Shown in pieces: positions 36,754 to 45,183 of a DNA stretch of 64,000 nucleotides. The stretch covers positions 7,345 to 71,344 of the forward strand of contig CAMZAD010000003.1 of the NCBI GenBank assembly GCA_947304155.1, in the 5' to 3' direction. The DNA comes from an uncultured Candidatus Saccharibacteria bacterium. GTDB lineage: Bacteria; Patescibacteriota; Saccharimonadia; Saccharimonadales; Saccharimonadaceae. A program made the position numbers and the translations under genes. The number at the start of each line of letters is the position of its first letter. The first letter of the stretch is position 1. The notes beneath the pieces were generated by a model that was not told the origin of the DNA, did no database searches, and saw nothing but the letters and a program-made list of their open reading frames with translations.

Positions 36754-37566
36754 TTAGATTTCCTCCGCAAAATATTTTGATTTTTTCTTAAACACCAAAA
36801 TCCCGACTGCAAGAATAATAATTGTAATTAGAATCGGAATAAATTTCAGGAAAATATTTTCAATAATTCCCCACCCAGTGATAGTTTCAGGTGTAATCAA
36901 ACTAAATCTAATGTCCTGAATAACTTGCGCAATTGGATTTAGCATCAAAATTTTTGCAGCAAATTCATTATATGAAACCACAAGTGAAAGTGGATAAATA
37001 ATCGGCACTGCGTAAAAGAGTGCTTGAAGCAGAACTTCCCAAATACTGCCGATGTCACGATACTTAACGTTAATACTGCCAAGAAATAGTGCCAAACCAA
37101 TTGATAATAAATAAAGTTCTAAAACTAGAATTGGCACGAGCAGCCACGACAGGCTAAAGCTAACGCCTGAGGCGAGCGCAAAGATAACCACTACAAGAAG
37201 ATTAATTCCGAGATTTATCAAAGCCGTAGTAGTGGCAGAAAGAACAATAATCCATTTTGGAAAATAAATTTTTCGCATTAAACCCGAGCGAATAATCAAT
37301 GATTGAATGCCTTGGTTCGTGCACTCAGTAAAGAAACTCCAGAGCACCGTGCCAGTAAGCAGATATACTGGATAGAATGGAATCTCATCACCAAAACGGA
37401 GGAACTTAGCAAACACCAAATAAAGAATGCCAAAAAGTAACATTGGGCGAATTAAAGCCCAAAGATAGCCTAAAACCGAACCTTGATAACGAAGCTTAAA
37501 ATCGGTCTTTGTCAGTTCGTTCAGCAAAATGCGGTTTTTTCGAGTAAAGACCTCCGGCATTTTCAT
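36754..37566 (-). CDS. ABC-2 type polysaccharide exporter permease (Wzm/TagG-like)
   Basis: FKLRYQGSVLGYLWALIRPML N-terminal signature and six hydrophobic segments. The ORF-track TTG 37584 overlaps a TATAAT box, so ATG 37566, 6 nt after it, is preferred. Confidence 0.8.
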   Translation of the reverse strand: MKMPEVFTRKNRILLNELTKTDFKLRYQGSVLGYLWALIRPMLLFGILYLVFAKFLRFGDEIPFYPVYLLTGTVLWSFFTECTNQGIQSLIIRSGLMRKIYFPKWIIVLSATTTALINLGINLLVVVIFALASGVSFSLSWLLVPILVLELYLLSIGLALFLGSINVKYRDIGSIWEVLLQALFYAVPIIYPLSLVVSYNEFAAKILMLNPIAQVIQDIRFSLITPETITGWGIIENIFLKFIPILITIIILAVGILVFKKKSKYFAEEI

Positions 37567-37580
37567 ATCTTTATTATACA

Positions 37581-37612
37581 ACAAAAATCCCCTCTATATA
37601 TTAGAGGGGATT
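37581..37612 (-). terminator. Intrinsic terminator after the 240-aa membrane protein gene
   Basis: AATCCCCTCT-atatatt-AGAGGGGATT hairpin with T5 after the stem on the minus strand. Confidence 0.7.
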
Positions 37613-37625
37613 TTCTACTTTTTAA

Positions 37626-38348
37626 TTAGAAGCTGAAGCCGCTAGAAAGACCACCGAGGAGAAGTCCTGCGAAGAGATCTTTAAGAATTACTGTTACGAT
37701 GAAGTAAGTTACGATGAATGTAACAGTGATAGTTATGAAGTGATAGAAGATTTTCTTATCGCCTTCAAGAGCAACTTCACGATCAATGAGGCTGATCAAG
37801 AGTGCGCCAGTGTAAGCGCAAGTTGCGACTGAAAGGATAATTGTACCATCAGTCCAGATGTTACCAAGAAGAGTGATAACAATTGAAAGAATCATGTATG
37901 GAACGATTGCTACTGCAACGATACCAAGAAGTTTAACAAAATTAACTTGCTTCTTCATGATAAGTGCGATGATGTATGAAACACCTGCCATGAGAACAAT
38001 AGCGCCAGCTGCAAACAAAAGACCGTAGCCGATTGCTTGGAGATAGTTGACGTTGCCAAGTTGACCAAAGTCGATTTTAGTTTCGCACTTTAGACCAAGA
38101 AGGCTGCAGCTCTTTACGAAGATTGAGCTAATCATTGCGTTGAGGACATTGATGATTGTTGAAACAATCACAATCAAGCCTGCAGCGATGAGTGAAGTTT
38201 TTGCATCTTTGAATGCATCAACTTCTTTAGCGTTTGATGCTGGTTTGATGGCAACTTTTTTAGTGATGCCACAAATATTCTTTAAGGTTGCACCAAAGTC
38301 AAAACCTTTTGCAGCAGGTTTTGCTTCAGCGGCTTTAGTTTCTTCCAT
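37626..38348 (-). CDS. Polytopic membrane protein (Yip1-like topology?), unknown function
   Basis: Charged N-terminus then about five TMs. Has its own TGgTATAAT promoter, SD and terminator, embedded in the glycan locus. Confidence 0.45.
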   Translation of the reverse strand: MEETKAAEAKPAAKGFDFGATLKNICGITKKVAIKPASNAKEVDAFKDAKTSLIAAGLIVIVSTIINVLNAMISSIFVKSCSLLGLKCETKIDFGQLGNVNYLQAIGYGLLFAAGAIVLMAGVSYIIALIMKKQVNFVKLLGIVAVAIVPYMILSIVITLLGNIWTDGTIILSVATCAYTGALLISLIDREVALEGDKKIFYHFITITVTFIVTYFIVTVILKDLFAGLLLGGLSSGFSF

Positions 38349-38378
38349 ATAAAACCCTTTAAATTAATATTAGTTTCA

Positions 38379-39434
38379 TTATACCACTTTTTTAGTTTTA
38401 GCAAAAACCTTATGCATAAACGAGAGTAAAAGGTTCTTAAACTTAAAGATTGGACGCAAGAATACATAGGGTGCCGGGTGTTTAGTACCAAACTTTAATT
38501 CATGTGCGCGCTTTTCATGGTCCTTTACAAAGAAATTTGGATTAAACTTTAATTTTTTATAATCCTCTTTTGCAACCTTGGCAAATCTTAGCGCTTTAAA
38601 AAGTCCGAGGCGATTTAGATTCCAGTTATACGCCCTAAACCTACAGGCTTTAGCGATTTCTTTGAACTCCGATTTCTGTTTTAAAAACTTTTCAATTTCG
38701 TCATATTCAGTTTTGACAGCAAAGATTTTTTGGTCACTTTTTACGCTTGAGCTGTTATTGTCCTTGCGGTAATAATAGAGTGGTTGCTCAATACAATAAA
38801 CGCTCTCAGCCGAGGCAAAAGTCTTAAAGGCAAAGCCTGCATCTTGGTAACTTGCGCCTGGTGTAGTTAGAAATTTAATATGGTTTTTCTCGAGCATTTC
38901 CCTCTTATAAATTGCCGACCAAATCGTTGGTTGGGTTAGAAAAATTTTTTGATTTTCTTTTGGATTAATTTCTACACCTTTTTTCGTGACGCGTGAAGTT
39001 GTTTTAACTCCATCCTTAGACGAGGTGATTTTAAGTTCATGAAAAATTCTTTCTGGGTTCGTCTTCCAAGTTTTACCATAAAAATTCATGAAGCCACATT
39101 TTATAATATCGGCTTTCTTGCTCGTGAGTATTTTATAAAAATCACGGTGAATAAAATCATCTGGCTCGACGATTCCAATATACTCGCCTTTTGCTAGCTT
39201 CATTCCCTCATTCATTGAGTCGCCATAGCCAGTATTTTTCTTATCAATAATTTTAAAACGTTTATCTTCTTTGGCGTATTTTTTCAAAATTTCTAAAGTG
39301 TTATCAGTGCTGCCATCATTAATTAAGATGACCTCAAAGTTTTTAAAACTTTGGTTTTTAATACTATCAAGACAGAGTGGCAAAAACTCAGCGACGTTAT
39401 AAGCTGGGACTAGAATCGAAAGTTTAGTTTTCAT
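38379..39434 (-). CDS. Glycosyltransferase family 2
   Basis: LSILVPAYN...VILINDGSTDNT...VEPDD motifs. Confidence 0.8.
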   Translation of the reverse strand: MKTKLSILVPAYNVAEFLPLCLDSIKNQSFKNFEVILINDGSTDNTLEILKKYAKEDKRFKIIDKKNTGYGDSMNEGMKLAKGEYIGIVEPDDFIHRDFYKILTSKKADIIKCGFMNFYGKTWKTNPERIFHELKITSSKDGVKTTSRVTKKGVEINPKENQKIFLTQPTIWSAIYKREMLEKNHIKFLTTPGASYQDAGFAFKTFASAESVYCIEQPLYYYRKDNNSSSVKSDQKIFAVKTEYDEIEKFLKQKSEFKEIAKACRFRAYNWNLNRLGLFKALRFAKVAKEDYKKLKFNPNFFVKDHEKRAHELKFGTKHPAPYVFLRPIFKFKNLLLSFMHKVFAKTKKVV

Positions 39435-39435
39435 T

Positions 39436-40404
39436 TTAACGCCTAAATTTTACAATTATTTCTGCAACTATTAGTTTGAAGAATGGGGTGTGTTGAAGTT
39501 TATGACCAAATGATTGTTTGCTGCGTGCCACAGCGAGAGCATGGGAAACTTTCCAACGTGAAAGCACGCGTTTTAAATATTGCTGTTTCTTTTTACTTGG
39601 TTTTTTGCCGGCAAACTTTTCGACGTCTTTGAAGCTTTTAAGCCAGTTTCCCCAGGAGAGTGATGAATCTCCAACAATGCTAGTTGGTGTGCCATAAAAA
39701 TAATGATAGAGCGGCTCCAAAATAAATTCGATACGAGAATAATGTACGCGATTGGCGTAGTTTAAATAGTTCAAATTAAACTTCACGTCTTCAGCAAAAG
39801 ACATCGTTTCGTCGAAGCGTAAATCGAAGTGTTTAATAATGTCATTTCGATACATTTTATTTGAAACAGCATAAAGACGACCATCCGTATACATCAAGCG
39901 CAAAACAAAATCATAAAAATCTTCATCTGGTTGGCGGAGCTTCACTTCTTTTAGATAAATGTTTTTCTTGTGTTTTGTGCCGAGACGTTCATAACGCACG
40001 CCAGAAACCACCAATCCAACTTTTAGGTCTTTTGAATTTAGACCGTCATATTTAACAATTGTATCGTGTAGTTTTTGATAGAAGTTTTTATCAACCTTGT
40101 CGTCTGAGTCAGTAAAAGTAATAAGCTTGCCTGTTGATTTTTCAATACCAAGATTTCTTGCAGCAGAAACACCACTATTCTCTTGATGAAATAGCTTAAT
40201 ACTTGGAGAATTTTTGCCGTTAAATTTTAGACTGTACTGACGAACAAACTCCTTAATATAAAGGTAGGAGTCGTCCGTCGAGCCATCGTCAATAATTAAA
40301 ATCTCAAGGTTTTTGTAAGGACCTTTAATAATACTGAGCACGAGTTTAACTGCGGCTTTGCCAGTATTATAAACCGGGATTACAATTGAGATTTTTTCAT
40401 CCAC
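39436..40404 (-). CDS. Glycosyltransferase family 2
   Basis: ISIVIPVYN...ILIIDDGSTDDS...FTDSDD motifs. Confidence 0.8.
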   Translation of the reverse strand: MDEKISIVIPVYNTGKAAVKLVLSIIKGPYKNLEILIIDDGSTDDSYLYIKEFVRQYSLKFNGKNSPSIKLFHQENSGVSAARNLGIEKSTGKLITFTDSDDKVDKNFYQKLHDTIVKYDGLNSKDLKVGLVVSGVRYERLGTKHKKNIYLKEVKLRQPDEDFYDFVLRLMYTDGRLYAVSNKMYRNDIIKHFDLRFDETMSFAEDVKFNLNYLNYANRVHYSRIEFILEPLYHYFYGTPTSIVGDSSLSWGNWLKSFKDVEKFAGKKPSKKKQQYLKRVLSRWKVSHALAVARSKQSFGHKLQHTPFFKLIVAEIIVKFRR

Positions 40405-41405
40405 TATGCGTTCCTTAGATATTTGATTGTATCGCGCATGGCGTCTTCAACAACGTGTTCAGCTTTCCAACCAAGTTCACGTTCGGCTTTTGAAGGATTT
40501 GCACAAAGCATAGCTAAGTCGCCTGGTCGGCGTGGAGCAATTTTATATGGGAGTTTTTCGCCGCTAGCTTTTTCAAAAGCGTTTACCATTTCAAGTACTG
40601 AAGTACCAGTGCCAGTGCCGAGATTAAAGACTGAAACACCTTGTTTGCTTTTCTCGAGAGCCAAGATGTGGCCTTTTGCGAGGTCAACAACGTGAATATA
40701 GTCACGAATACAAGTGCCGTCACGGGTATCATAGTCGTCACCATAGACATTAAGCTCAGCGATTTCGCCCTTTGAAACCTTCATGATAATTGGCATGAGG
40801 TTGTTTGGAATGCCATTTGGATCTTCGCCAATTAGGCCAGATTCATGGTTTCCAACTGGGTTAAAATAGCGCAAAATTGTGATTTCAAAATCTGGATTTG
40901 AGACAGAAAAGTCTTTCAGGATTTCCTCAATCATGTACTTTGTGCGGCCGTATGGGTTGGAGATTGTGCGGCCGGTTGGCAAAGTTTCATCAAGAATACC
41001 AGATGCTGGCGGTTCACCATAGACAGTTGCAGAAGATGAGAAAATAATCTTCTTAACATTGTGGCTCTTCATTGATTTTAGAATATTGATGGTGCCACCA
41101 ATATTTGTTTCGTAATATTCAAGTGGTTTTTTAACTGATTCAGCCACTGCTTTAAGACCAGCAAAATGAATTACAGCATCAAAGTTTCCTTCAGCAAAAA
41201 CTTTTTCAACGCCTTCGGCATCGGTCATATCAACTTGATGAAAGACTGGCTTTTTACCAGCGATTTTCTCAATTTTATCGAGAACTTCAACTTTTGAGTT
41301 AAAAAGATTATCTAAAATTTCAACTTCATAACCACGGTTAATAAGCTCAATTACAGTATGTGAGCCGATATAGCCCATCCCGCCTGTAGCAAGAATTTTT
41401 CCCAT
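40404..41405 (-). CDS. galE: UDP-glucose 4-epimerase
   Basis: ILATGGMGYIGSHTV (GxxGxxG), SSSATVYG, YGRTK (YxxxK). Start at MGKIL with a GGAG SD. The ORF-track start is 41417. Confidence 0.9.
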   Translation of the reverse strand: MGKILATGGMGYIGSHTVIELINRGYEVEILDNLFNSKVEVLDKIEKIAGKKPVFHQVDMTDAEGVEKVFAEGNFDAVIHFAGLKAVAESVKKPLEYYETNIGGTINILKSMKSHNVKKIIFSSSATVYGEPPASGILDETLPTGRTISNPYGRTKYMIEEILKDFSVSNPDFEITILRYFNPVGNHESGLIGEDPNGIPNNLMPIIMKVSKGEIAELNVYGDDYDTRDGTCIRDYIHVVDLAKGHILALEKSKQGVSVFNLGTGTGTSVLEMVNAFEKASGEKLPYKIAPRRPGDLAMLCANPSKAERELGWKAEHVVEDAMRDTIKYLRNA

Positions 41406-41460
41406 AAAAATCTCCAATTAAAATTATATCTATTATAACATGATTGGAGTTTTTATTGGA

Positions 41461-43386
41461 TTACTTGTAGATTGTGCCGCCAGTGTAGCGTTGATATTTG
41501 CCGTCAATCACATCTGAGCGTGGCCAGCCAAAGCGGCCGGTTTCATAGCCTGCTTTTGCCCACTTTTCACGAATCTTACCATAGGAAATATACCAACCTT
41601 TGCCGTCGTTTCCTACAATGTAGCCGTGTTCATATTCTTGCCACTTCATGCCGGTGCGGGTATTTTCTTTAATGTCTGAGGTTGGGAAGCCGAGAAGGCC
41701 TGCTTCATAGTTATACTTTGCCCAGACGTTACGTGAGCGGCCGTAAGAGATAAACCAACCTTTTTTATCGTTACCAACGATAACGCCATTTTCATAATTC
41801 TGCCATTTGATGCCGGTGCCAGCGTTTTCCTTAATGTCTGAGGTTGGGAAGCCGAGAAGGCCTGCTTCATAGTTATACTTTGCCCAAACCTCACGAGATT
41901 TGCCAATCGAAATAAACCAGCCTTTTCTGTCGTTTCCTACAATGTAGCCTTTTTCAAATTGTTGCCACTCAATACCAGTTTTAGCGTTCTTTGAGCGGAC
42001 ATTGACCGGATAACCTAAGGTCGCAACTTGAGAATTATATTTCTTGTAAATCGTATTGTCGACATATTTATAGCCTTTATCATCTTTACCGGCGAGCACA
42101 CCGTTTTCGCATTCAAGAATATTTACGCCACTTTTTGCAACTGAAACAGTTTTGATATTGCCAAGTTGAGCACGGCTCGAGAGCCATGAAAGGTAAATCT
42201 TACCGTCTAAAATCTTGGTTTCATTCCCTGCAACATAGGCGAGACCTTTTTCAAAAATCAGAACAGTTTGTTCGGCACCTTTTTCATCTTTTAAATTAAT
42301 TACTTCATCTTTAACTTCACCTAAGTCTTTAATTCTCTTCTTGTCTAGAGCGTTATAAACTGCTGTTGCTTCAGCTGAGAGAGTTGGAGCTGGAGTTTCT
42401 AGTTCTTCAGTAGACTCAGCTGGAGTTTGTTGTTGTGATTCCGAAGGAGTTTGCTCGGTTGGTTGTTCTGGCTCGGTTTGAGCAGGTTGTTCAGGTTCAG
42501 GAGTTGATTCTGGTTCAGCAGCTGGAGTTACTTTAGTTGGATCACCAAACCAGTCGCTAAAGTAAATGAAGAAGTTTCTGTTACCGTAGGCACCACATGG
42601 AGCCGTGCCAGTATAAGCCCTAAGCGCACCAGCGTTTGGTTGATATGGCGTGTAACGATAAAGTGATGAAGTTGCAAGGTTTTCAATATAAACTACTGAG
42701 CCACCACAAGATTTTGAAGGGTTATATTGAATGTAGTTATTGCCAAGTGGATAGTTAGTCCAGCCACCAGTTAAGACGGTGTGGAATAATTTCGCAGCGT
42801 TTCGAACTTGGTTTCTGAAGCCATAATACTTTGAGTCACAGGCAGCAGTATCAGGACAACCATAGCCAGTTGCACTACGATATTGAATGTGATTTGGCCA
42901 GGTATCCGTCACAAGACCTTGCTCTTTTTGGAGAAGTACAATCAAAACCTGTGGATTAATTTGATAATCTTGGCCGGCTTGCCAAATAATATGTGCAGCG
43001 GTTTCCTTATTGCCAGTTTCATTATTATCAAAAAGTTCATCAGCCATACAAACGAAGTGGCCGTTTTCAATGTGATATTGAAGTTTAGGATAATTTCTTG
43101 CGCGTTCAATGCCAGTGTCATTACACTTGTTCTTGGATTTAAGGAATATTTGGATTTCTTCTTCGGTCATTGAGTTATAGTCGCTCATTACTTCGTCGGA
43201 CATAATATTTCCAGGCTTAAAGAGCGACAAATTAGCGGCACTAGTTTCGGACATGTTGTGAGTAAAAATAAAGCTGAAGGTGGCAATCATTGCAAAAACA
43301 AAGACCATCAACATGATATAGCGACGATCAGTACGCCTTTTTTGGGCGCTAGCGCTAATCATTCTGTAGATAGTGTTCTCTTTCAA
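41461..43386 (-). CDS. Secreted cell-wall-associated protein with C-terminal LGFP repeats
   Basis: N-terminal TM/signal, a conserved domain (INPQVLIVLLQKEQGLV), a Pro/Glu/Thr linker, then repeats of about 54 aa ending in AGLLGFPTSD (LGFP motif). TTG start with an AAGAAGGGG SD. Confidence 0.7.
   Translation of the reverse strand: MKENTIYRMISASAQKRRTDRRYIMLMVFVFAMIATFSFIFTHNMSETSAANLSLFKPGNIMSDEVMSDYNSMTEEEIQIFLKSKNKCNDTGIERARNYPKLQYHIENGHFVCMADELFDNNETGNKETAAHIIWQAGQDYQINPQVLIVLLQKEQGLVTDTWPNHIQYRSATGYGCPDTAACDSKYYGFRNQVRNAAKLFHTVLTGGWTNYPLGNNYIQYNPSKSCGGSVVYIENLATSSLYRYTPYQPNAGALRAYTGTAPCGAYGNRNFFIYFSDWFGDPTKVTPAAEPESTPEPEQPAQTEPEQPTEQTPSESQQQTPAESTEELETPAPTLSAEATAVYNALDKKRIKDLGEVKDEVINLKDEKGAEQTVLIFEKGLAYVAGNETKILDGKIYLSWLSSRAQLGNIKTVSVAKSGVNILECENGVLAGKDDKGYKYVDNTIYKKYNSQVATLGYPVNVRSKNAKTGIEWQQFEKGYIVGNDRKGWFISIGKSREVWAKYNYEAGLLGFPTSDIKENAGTGIKWQNYENGVIVGNDKKGWFISYGRSRNVWAKYNYEAGLLGFPTSDIKENTRTGMKWQEYEHGYIVGNDGKGWYISYGKIREKWAKAGYETGRFGWPRSDVIDGKYQRYTGGTIYK
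41464..42024 (-). repeat. Tandem ~162-bp coding repeats (LGFP units), with an identical 55-nt core at 41670-41724 and 41832-41886
   Basis: The string TAATGTCTGAGGTTGGGAAGCCGAGAAGGCCTGCTTCATAGTTATACTTTGCCCA occurs twice, 162 nt apart. Confidence 0.85.
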
Positions 43387-43475
43387 TGGAGCCCCTTCTT
43401 ATTACTTTATTTTGTTTTTGTTTTTAACCTTTATGCTTATAATTTTAGCATATTTTCTTTAGCACTGTCAAATTT

Positions 43476-44057
43476 TTATATCTTAATTGTGCCAGAAACT
43501 TTGCCGGTTTTAGTTCCAGCCTTAATGTTAACTGTGAAGTTATAGGTGCCAGAGCTAATGCCAGAAGTTGGGACATCAAACCCTTCACAGCTACTAGAAT
43601 CTGCGCCAGAGTTAATTGTGTTGACGGTTTTCTTTACGTAGTCGCCGTTTGAGGTTTTCATCTCTAGCTCGCAAGAGCCAGTCTGAGTTAATAGTTCATA
43701 TATCACGATCCTAAGTTGATAATTACCATTTGCTACTTCATTTTTAGTAATGCTTATATCTAGCTCATTTGGATTAGTTTTTTCAACTTTTTCATATTGA
43801 CTTGGGGTTTGAGTATTCTCAACTTGATCGTCACTAATATTAGTTTTCTCGTCAGTGTTTTGTTGCTGTTTTTGCTCAAGCTCGGTGCGGTTTACTACGG
43901 TATTAGAAGCAGTTTCCATTTCTGGCTCGGAGGTGCGTTTCTTTGGCGCAAAGACCGACAAAACTAGTAGCGTAATTCCGCCAACAAATGCAATGATAAA
44001 TAGTGCGTAGAGTAGACCGAGGTTAGATTCTTTCTTTAATGTCTTTTTTCTACTCAT
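43476..44057 (-). CDS. N-terminally anchored secreted protein with a C-terminal two-Cys beta-rich domain, unknown function
   Basis: TM LGLLYALFIIAFVGGITLLVLSVF, GGAGA SD upstream, and Cys residues in ...TGSCELEM... and ...SSSCEGF... Confidence 0.5.
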   Translation of the reverse strand: MSRKKTLKKESNLGLLYALFIIAFVGGITLLVLSVFAPKKRTSEPEMETASNTVVNRTELEQKQQQNTDEKTNISDDQVENTQTPSQYEKVEKTNPNELDISITKNEVANGNYQLRIVIYELLTQTGSCELEMKTSNGDYVKKTVNTINSGADSSSCEGFDVPTSGISSGTYNFTVNIKAGTKTGKVSGTIKI

Positions 44058-44076
44058 CTTCGTCTCCGTTTCTTAA

Positions 44077-45165
44077 TTATTTTTCGTAGAGCCCACTATG
44101 TTTTTTGTTGTCGTATATTAAAGTTGGTATGCTTTTAGCGTGAATTACATCGTCCACAATCTTTTTATTGTTTTCGATAGTATTTGCAACTTCTTCAGAA
44201 TTCATTAACTCTTTAATCTTATTAATGTCTTCGTCTTTAACGCCAAATTCTTTTAGCCATTTCGAGAAGAGGTCAACTACTTCTTGCTCACTTAGGTTGT
44301 TATTAAGTTGAACTTGCCAGTCAATTCCCTTTTCATCTTTTTCAGTGAATAGTCTTGTAATAATTTTCTGAGCCAAGAAGTTGTCGTTTTCGGATTTACT
44401 TTCCTTTTGGTCTGCATAAACTTGTACTGCAACTAGGAACTCAGTGGCAACCTTAGAGTTCTTAAATCTATAGCCATCTTCATTTTTAATTGGATAGATT
44501 AAGACGTAGGTTTTGTGGTTCTTAAAGAAGTCGGTTTTAAGCTGATTGCGATATGACTTCATACAGACTACGCATCCTGGATCAATAATGTCGTAGGCAA
44601 CGTTATTATTTGTCATTGAATCTTGTGGATTTAAGATCGACAAATGTTTTGCGTCTTTAAAGTCATTTTCACCCCAAGATTTCATACGATCTGGGATAGC
44701 ACCAAAGATTTCACCCCACTCACCGATACTACGGCCGATTTGGTCAAAGAAGCCGTGGGTTTCACTGGCGTCAATTGAACAGCCCTCGGTAGAGTTAAGA
44801 CTACAAGCACTTGGTTTTGAAACATTACAAGTACCAAATACCCAGAGTGCGAGGAGTGACTTGATTGCAATCACGATAGACCAAACCGTAATAAGAACAA
44901 TTAAGACTGAAACAATCTCAATAATAATACTGATTGGTTTAACAAGTTTTGGACGTTTTAAAATAACTTTCTTTAGAATCGTATTCTTAACGTCATCTTT
45001 AAAGTTAGTGTCACATTTTTGCAAGCGAATCTTCTTAAAGACACAGTGCCAAGCCTTTTTAAAGACAGCAAGATATTTTTTACCAATCTCGCGCTTAAAG
45101 ATACTCAAAAAGGCGACAACGATGCCTACTAAACAAAGAATAATAAACGCTGCAACACAGACCAT
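44077..45165 (-). CDS. Membrane-anchored DsbA-like thiol:disulfide oxidoreductase
   Basis: Two N-terminal TMs, then a thioredoxin-like domain with DPGCVVCMKSY (CxxC) and a C-terminal cis-Pro-like SIPTLIY motif. TATAAT lies 6 nt upstream of the ATG. Confidence 0.6.
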   Translation of the reverse strand: MVCVAAFIILCLVGIVVAFLSIFKREIGKKYLAVFKKAWHCVFKKIRLQKCDTNFKDDVKNTILKKVILKRPKLVKPISIIIEIVSVLIVLITVWSIVIAIKSLLALWVFGTCNVSKPSACSLNSTEGCSIDASETHGFFDQIGRSIGEWGEIFGAIPDRMKSWGENDFKDAKHLSILNPQDSMTNNNVAYDIIDPGCVVCMKSYRNQLKTDFFKNHKTYVLIYPIKNEDGYRFKNSKVATEFLVAVQVYADQKESKSENDNFLAQKIITRLFTEKDEKGIDWQVQLNNNLSEQEVVDLFSKWLKEFGVKDEDINKIKELMNSEEVANTIENNKKIVDDVIHAKSIPTLIYDNKKHSGLYEK

Positions 45166-45183
45166 ACTAAGATTATACTCCCC

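Noticed and set aside
41412-41454. Inverted repeat CTCCAAT...ATTGGAG followed by T5 upstream of galE as a terminator
   Set aside because: The loop is about 24 nt and the T-run is on the plus strand, where no gene ends. The region more likely holds the galE promoter (TATAAT-like hexamers) and SD (GGAG).
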